Below are positions 58,936-64,000 of a stretch of 64,000 nucleotides of DNA, piece by piece. This DNA is from an uncultured Ignavibacteriales bacterium (GTDB taxonomy: Bacteria > Zixibacteria > MSB-5A5 > GN15 > FEB-12). The stretch is from contig CAZLBP010000004.1 in the NCBI GenBank assembly GCA_964557855.1, forward strand, positions 75,149-139,148, given 5' to 3'. Within the stretch, counting starts at the first letter, position 1. Each line of letters starts with the position of its first letter. The notes beneath the pieces were generated by a model. The model was not told where the DNA came from. It searched no databases and saw only the letters and a program-made list of their open reading frames with translations. Made by a program: the position numbers and the translations under genes.

Positions 58936-59903
58936 GCTTTCCGACCAATCGACCGAGGCGCTTGCGCACGAGCGCCGGCATGCGCCTGCTGGTATCAGAG
59001 ACGACATTGTCCGTATCTGATTTCGTTTATCCGCTGTTCGTAAGTGAGCTGGTCGATGAGCCGACGTCGGTGACGTCGATGCCGGGAATATTCAACTTCC
59101 CGGTGTCTCTGATTGCCGAAGAAGCGGAGCGGGTGTTCAAGCTGGGTGTGCCGGCGGTACTGCTGTTCGGGACACCGTCGCGCAAGGATGCGACGGGCTC
59201 GGCGGCGGCCCGGCCGGATGGTGTGGTTCAGCGGGCGGTGCGAGAGATTAAGTCGCGTAATGCGGATATACTGGTCGTGACGGATGTCTGCTTGTGTGAG
59301 TATACGGATCACGGGCATTGCGGGTTGATACAGGATAATGATATCGACAATGATGCCACGTTGGAGGTGTTGGCGGAGCAGGCCGTGAGTCACGCGCAAG
59401 CGGGGGCGGATATAGTGGCGCCAAGCGATATGATGGATGGTCGGGTGGGCGTGATTCGCAAGGCGCTGGATGCGGACGGTTTGACACAGACGGCGATCAT
59501 GGCGTATGCGGCCAAGTATTGTTCGGCGTTTTACGGGCCGTTTCGAGAGGCGGCGGGTTCGGCGCCGCAGTTCGGGGATCGTCGGGGTTATCAGATGGAT
59601 CCGGCCAATTCCCGGGAAGCCATGAGGGAGATAGCGTTAGATATCGAAGAGGGGGCGGATATCGTGATGGTGAAGCCGGCGCTGGCGTATCTGGATGTAG
59701 TCGCCGAAGCAAAGAAGCGGTTTGACGTTCCTATTGCAGCCTACAATGTGAGCGGGGAGTACGCGATGGTGAAGCTGGCGGCGGAGCGCGGCATAGCCGA
59801 TGAGCGGCAGCTGACAATGGAGATATTGACGTCTATAAAGCGGGCAGGGGCGGATATTATCATATCGTATCATGCGCCGGACGTGGCGGGGTGGTTGGGG
59901 TGA
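58932..59903 (+). CDS. hemB: Porphobilinogen synthase
   Basis: RPRRLR, DVCLCEYTDHGHC, PSDMMDG, YGPFR, MVKP, VSGEY. Confidence 0.97.
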   Translation: MSFPTNRPRRLRTSAGMRLLVSETTLSVSDFVYPLFVSELVDEPTSVTSMPGIFNFPVSLIAEEAERVFKLGVPAVLLFGTPSRKDATGSAAARPDGVVQRAVREIKSRNADILVVTDVCLCEYTDHGHCGLIQDNDIDNDATLEVLAEQAVSHAQAGADIVAPSDMMDGRVGVIRKALDADGLTQTAIMAYAAKYCSAFYGPFREAAGSAPQFGDRRGYQMDPANSREAMREIALDIEEGADIVMVKPALAYLDVVAEAKKRFDVPIAAYNVSGEYAMVKLAAERGIADERQLTMEILTSIKRAGADIIISYHAPDVAGWLG

Positions 59904-59940
59904 GGTGGTGAGGGCGGCTAAGGACTGGACCCACGGCATT

Positions 59941-60073
59941 CGGGAATGTTGAAAAAGTCGACTCGGCGTCGTCACGGCCTTCTGAAAATCGATGTCTTCC
60001 CTTTAATAACGCGGAGATTGCGTCGTCACTCCGCTCCTCGCAATGACAAATTCTGGGTTTCTCGGCCGGCCCG
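59941..60073. mobile_element. Degenerate MITE-like element carrying a palindromic repeat
   Basis: Left end CGGGAATGTTGAAAAAGTC resembles the 41302 end; right end GGGTTTCTCGGCCGGCCCG; internal GAGATTGCG...CGCAATGACA hairpin. Confidence 0.5.
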
Positions 60074-60113
60074 TTCGCGGCGGTGAAAGAGCGCGCACCA
60101 ACCAACTTAGGAT

Positions 60114-60151
60114 CGTCAGGTCACGCCCGCTAGCGCGGGCAGGACCTGACG
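60114..60151. repeat. CGTC-type REP
   Basis: CGTCAGGTC-ACGCCCGCTAGCGCGGGCAG-GACCTGACG. Confidence 0.8.
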
Positions 60152-60213
60152 AAACTCATGAATGACGGCGCGGGTTCAGCCGATGTGGATATCGGCCGGT
60201 CACAGATCAAAGT

Positions 60214-60669
60214 CTAGTTTTCGGACAGGATATTTTCGTCGTACTCGATTTCGAATCGAAGTTTGTGTTTGGCTTCTTCCTGGGCCAGGCCCAGCAGCAC
60301 TTCCTGCACGCCCGTGTCATTGGTTGCCATCGCCAGATCATTGTACAGCTTGAAGGCCGCCATTTCGTTTTTGATTGCCAGAATCAGGGCTTCCTGGTAC
60401 GTGAGATCCTTCTTGTCCGGCTCCGGTTTGACCAGGTGGTCGCCGATCTGGAGATCGAGGATTTTCTTTTCGGTGCGCAAGAGGCGTTTGCCGGCTTTGA
60501 CCGATTCCAGTTTGGCCTTGTGTCCCATTTCTTCGCGGGCGAAGCCTTTGAAGACGTCGGCCATCGAGCCGCCTTCGACCCTGCCGGCCATGTCGTTGTA
60601 GAAATCGGCCGCATCCTGTTCTTTTTGGATGGCGAAGTCAAGGATCTCGTCTACGGACTGTATTTTCAT
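60214..60669 (-). CDS. Rubrerythrin/ferritin-like di-iron protein (no rubredoxin domain)
   Basis: AIQKE...FY, EEMGH, AIKNE...LY, EEAKH; GGAGG RBS. Confidence 0.88.
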   Translation of the reverse strand: MKIQSVDEILDFAIQKEQDAADFYNDMAGRVEGGSMADVFKGFAREEMGHKAKLESVKAGKRLLRTEKKILDLQIGDHLVKPEPDKKDLTYQEALILAIKNEMAAFKLYNDLAMATNDTGVQEVLLGLAQEEAKHKLRFEIEYDENILSEN

Positions 60670-60689
60670 TGTTCCTCCGGTGTTAACGG

Positions 60690-60732
60690 CCGTCAGGTCA
60701 CAACCCACCTGCGGTGGGTCAAGACCGGACGG
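60690..60732. repeat. CGTC-type REP (diverged)
   Basis: CCGTCAGGTC...ACCCACC/GGTGGGT...GACCGGACGG. Confidence 0.7.
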
Positions 60733-60822
60733 AACTTTCTATATTCGTTTCTTTTCCACCCCAAACGAGTTGGGTGCCCACCCCGACGCGAGAATTCGAC
60801 CTACGTTCCAGCCGGCACGCGA

Positions 60823-61260
60823 TCATCCGTAAGGATACATTCCGTCTTTTATTGTGGCAAGGTTCTCCAGAAGATTGTTGTGCTTCGTTTCGTCTTCCAG
60901 CAGGTAGCGGAGCAAATACTCCTGGACCACCATCTTCTTGCCTTCAAGACCTTCCAGCGCCTGGTTGGCCAGCTCGATTGTCCGTTGTTCGATGGCGATA
61001 TGCTTCTCGATCAGACCCCAGACTTCGCCCAGTTCCTCCGGGGTGATGGAGATCGTTTTTGATTCGAGGCTGTCGGCGATGAGTTCCTGAACACGGTAGT
61101 GCATCTGGGAATCACGCTGGATTATTTCCATGACCATGCGGACGACCGGGTTGTCGGTCTTTTCGATGACCTGACCGGTGGAAGAGACAGATTGGTTCTC
61201 GACTTTCATCCAGTGTTTCATGTTAGTGATGAGTTTTTCCTGAAGCTCTTTAGTCGACAT
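60823..61260 (-). CDS. Ferritin-like four-helix hypothetical protein
   Basis: E...DSQMH and E...DETKH ligand spacing; GGAGG RBS. Confidence 0.75.
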   Translation of the reverse strand: MSTKELQEKLITNMKHWMKVENQSVSSTGQVIEKTDNPVVRMVMEIIQRDSQMHYRVQELIADSLESKTISITPEELGEVWGLIEKHIAIEQRTIELANQALEGLEGKKMVVQEYLLRYLLEDETKHNNLLENLATIKDGMYPYG

Positions 61261-61343
61261 GTTTTTTTCCTCCAGTACAATACGATAGTTTTGATCATTC
61301 TCTGTTTATTTCATTGGGTTTGCATTCAAATGCAGCGGCTGGT

Positions 61344-62522
61344 TCACTTCCTCGGGTCACGCCCGATCTGTTTGCAGTATGTCAGGGCGAGGGTGCGGTA
61401 GAACATATGGGCGAATTTGGAATAGGGCATATACCAGAGAAGGAAGAAGACGAACACGAGGTGGATGAAGTAGTTGGTGTAGGCGAGCATCGGGACACCG
61501 CTCAGGCGTGTCAGCCAGGACAACATGCCGGTGACCCCGGTCAGGAAGATGACGTACAAAAAGAGATAGTCCTGGTAGCCGTTGGCGCCGACGTTGTCGC
61601 GATTAGTCCAGCGTCGGTAGATGAGCATGGCGCCTCCGATCGTGAGGGCGACACCGCTCAGACCGCCGAGAATCTTGACGGGATGCGGCAACTCCACCGG
61701 CAGGGCAAAAAAGCTGTGCAGATCTTCTAATCCCAGCATATTCAGGTAGTGAGGGACAAAGACGAAGATGAAGACGCAGCCGGTGGTGATCATGGCGCCG
61801 ACGAACCCGAAGAACAGGATCATATGTCCGATAGCACGGGGCTTGTTTTCGCCGCATTGGTTGAATCTCTTGTGAATGAGGAACTCTTTGAGTGTCAGCA
61901 CCAGCCCCTTATAGAATGAAATCGTCTTATTGCCGCTTTCCCGCTGGAGATCAAGCCAGAATCTCCGAAAGCCGATGGCGGCGAAGATGAAGATGAGGAT
62001 GTTACCGATTACAAAGAGGACGTCGACCGAGCTGTGAGGCAGAAAGATATTGAAATCGATAACGTGATTGGCCTGCAGGAACTGGAAGGAGCCATCGGGA
62101 GTCGTGGGTGCGAACAGGAGAATGGAGCCGAGGAGGATGACAACCGGTACGAGAAACAGGGCGGGCAGTGCCCTCGGGCTGGCGAGTGCCTTCCCCATAA
62201 ACGATGGGAAGGCGTACGATTTGTATATGTATGCTCGCACGGCAGCCAACACATCGCCGGGTCGCGCGCCCCGCGGACAATGAGTGGTGCAGTCGTTACA
62301 CTGATGACAAAGCCAGATATCGGGGTCGGCCACAAGTCTTTGGCGCTGGCCCCATTGCGCCAGCAGCATTTCTTTACGGGGGAACGGCTTATTGGCGGGC
62401 GAAAGATTACAGACGGTTGAGCAGGTGGCGCATTGATAACACTTCTTTACGGTGTCGCCGCCCGATTTCCTTACATCATTGATGAGGCCGACATCAGGGT
62501 TCGTTAATGCTTCAACCGACAT
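61344..62522 (-). CDS. qmoC: QmoC membrane subunit
   Basis: CYQCATCSTVC, CHQCNDCTTHCPRGA, TM helices with His ligands, PYSKFAHMFYR. Confidence 0.93.
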   Translation of the reverse strand: MSVEALTNPDVGLINDVRKSGGDTVKKCYQCATCSTVCNLSPANKPFPRKEMLLAQWGQRQRLVADPDIWLCHQCNDCTTHCPRGARPGDVLAAVRAYIYKSYAFPSFMGKALASPRALPALFLVPVVILLGSILLFAPTTPDGSFQFLQANHVIDFNIFLPHSSVDVLFVIGNILIFIFAAIGFRRFWLDLQRESGNKTISFYKGLVLTLKEFLIHKRFNQCGENKPRAIGHMILFFGFVGAMITTGCVFIFVFVPHYLNMLGLEDLHSFFALPVELPHPVKILGGLSGVALTIGGAMLIYRRWTNRDNVGANGYQDYLFLYVIFLTGVTGMLSWLTRLSGVPMLAYTNYFIHLVFVFFLLWYMPYSKFAHMFYRTLALTYCKQIGRDPRK

Positions 62523-62617
62523 ATATCGCTCTCCTTTCACAGAGACGTGTGCTCGAAAATGAGCATTCTTTCATCGGCTCAAATAAGCAATCGGGAGCAG
62601 GAAAGTCAACGATTTTT

Positions 62618-62635
62618 TTGTTACTTTTTTCACAA
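62618..62635. promoter_or_regulatory. Rex-like operator upstream of qmoC
   Basis: TTGTTACTTTTTTCACAA, next to minus-strand TTGACT (62604-62609). Confidence 0.7.
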
Positions 62636-63055
62636 TGTATCAGCAATCAGGTGGAGGTTCTTTGCCTGGCGTAAGTATTATGTTAACAGGGGTGACAGGG
62701 TTCGAATAGGGGTCGGGCAGGGTATTCCTGGACGTTACTCCGAATAATTCACGCGACAGTTAAGTTGCTGCTATATTGTGGCTTACTGGTGGTACATGTA
62801 AATGGGGTGTATGGCGGAACCTATATTTCGAACACAGAGAGAGAACCGGTCGGATTTATTCGGTGTATTTTGGTGTATAACAGGAAGAAATGGTATATTT
62901 TGGTTGGAGTCGGTTCTGAGGTCGTTGGAGTTGAAGAGATTGCCGATTATGTCGGTAGTGAGTTTACGATCTTATAAGTTGTTATGAATTAACCGAATTA
63001 TGGTCTCCGTATGGACAAGGCCGCAAAAAATCTCGAACTTGGTGCTATTTTTCGC

Positions 63056-63161
63056 TTGACAGTGCTTGTGAAAAAAGTTACTTTCTTGTTGCCTGAAAGC
63101 GGAGAAGAACAAGTGTGAAAGAGCACTTTTTTATTAGGAAAGTTTGTGAAAAAAGTCACAT
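63056..63161 (+). promoter_or_regulatory. sat promoter with two Rex-like operators
   Basis: TTGACA-N17-TACTTT (63056-63084) overlapped by TTGTGAAAAAAGTTACTT (63066-63083); second site TTGTGAAAAAAGTCACAT (63144-63161). Confidence 0.75.
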
Positions 63162-63229
63162 TATTACCGATGAAATTAAGAGAAACATGGTTGTAATTGA
63201 AAAGCCTTTTAACAGGGCAGGTAGGTATC

Positions 63230-64000
63230 ATGGCTAAGTCAAATCTGATTTCCCCCCACGGCAGTGAAACGCTCAAGGTGTTGTTGCTGGAGGGGAAAGA
63301 GCGTGAAGAGGAGTTGAAGAGAGCTGAATCTCTTCCCAAGATTCTGATGAGTTCCCGCGAGACAGGGGATCTCATCTTTTTGGGTATCGGTGGTTTCACA
63401 CCGCTTGATGGATTCATGGGACAGGCTGACTGGAAGGGCGTCTGTGAAGAGATGAAGATGTCGAACGGCGTTTTCTGGCCGATTCCGGTGACGTTGTCAC
63501 ATGACGAGAAGATTGATCCGGGCACCGAGATATGTTTGGTGTCGGGGGAAACGAACGAGATCATGGGTACGATGAAAGTGACAGAATCGTATCAGATCGA
63601 CAAGGATTTTGAGTGTAAGCATGTTTTCACTACGACGGATGCTGAACATCCGGGCGTACTGATGGTGAAGGCTCAGAAGGCCTGGAATATCGCCGGTCCG
63701 GTTAAGGTACTGTCCGAGAGTTACTTCCCCAGGGATTTTGCGGGCATTTATCAGCGTCCAGCGGAAAGTCGCAAGATATTCGAAGAGAAGGGTTGGAAGC
63801 GGATCGCGGCGCTGCAGTTGCGGAACCCCATGCATCGTTCCCACGAGTTTTTGGCGAAGATTGCGGTTGATGTCAGTGACGGTCTGTATATCCATCAGTT
63901 GGTGGGTAAGCTCAAGCCGGGCGATATTCCGGCGGATGTGCGGGTCAAGTGTATCAATACGCTGGTTGAGAATTATTTTGTCAAGGAACGTGTGGTAACC
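63230..64000 (+). CDS. sat: Sulfate adenylyltransferase (runs off window end)
   Basis: Manual translation MAKSNLISPHG...GGFTPLDGFM...WPIPVTL...HPGV...QLRNPMHRSHE...KPGDIP; not in ORF track. Confidence 0.96.
   Translation, partial: MAKSNLISPHGSETLKVLLLEGKEREEELKRAESLPKILMSSRETGDLIFLGIGGFTPLDGFMGQADWKGVCEEMKMSNGVFWPIPVTLSHDEKIDPGTEICLVSGETNEIMGTMKVTESYQIDKDFECKHVFTTTDAEHPGVLMVKAQKAWNIAGPVKVLSESYFPRDFAGIYQRPAESRKIFEEKGWKRIAALQLRNPMHRSHEFLAKIAVDVSDGLYIHQLVGKLKPGDIPADVRVKCINTLVENYFVKERVVT

Noticed and set aside
62640-63050. Small ORFs in the qmoC-sat intergenic region
   Set aside because: No RBS or recognisable motifs; AT-rich regulatory DNA

Overview
Bacterial chromosomal window with three zones. 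(1) 1-21.7 kb: end of hprK, two parvulin/SurA chaperones, an S4 protein, an AAA+/VWA pair, panC, a secreted FG-GAP/TSP3/dockerin protein, and an lnt-porZ-like-GNAT-GT-GT operon converging on a C25 peptidase with a T9SS-type C-terminal domain. (2) 22-40.8 kb: dcw cluster mraZ-rsmH-ftsL-ftsI-murE-murF-mraY-murD-ftsW-murG-murC-ftsQ-ftsA-ftsZ (no murB or ddl), then a collapsed OprB porin pseudogene, an orphan minimal flagellin and a DUF1579-like gene. (3) 41.8-64 kb: dissimilatory sulfur island dsrABDNLCTMKJOP, a CoA-disulfide-reductase/rhodanese flavoprotein, siroheme genes (hemA, sirC/cysG-N, cobA-hemD, hemB), two ferritin-like genes, a stand-alone qmoC and the 5' part of sat, with Rex-like operators at three promoters. 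Intergenic spaces hold MITEs and REP-type palindromes. Dockerin and T9SS-like CTD proteins together with a DsrL-2 type dsr cluster suggest candidate phylum Zixibacteria or a relative (inference). All calls come from by-eye motif recognition; no database searches were run.
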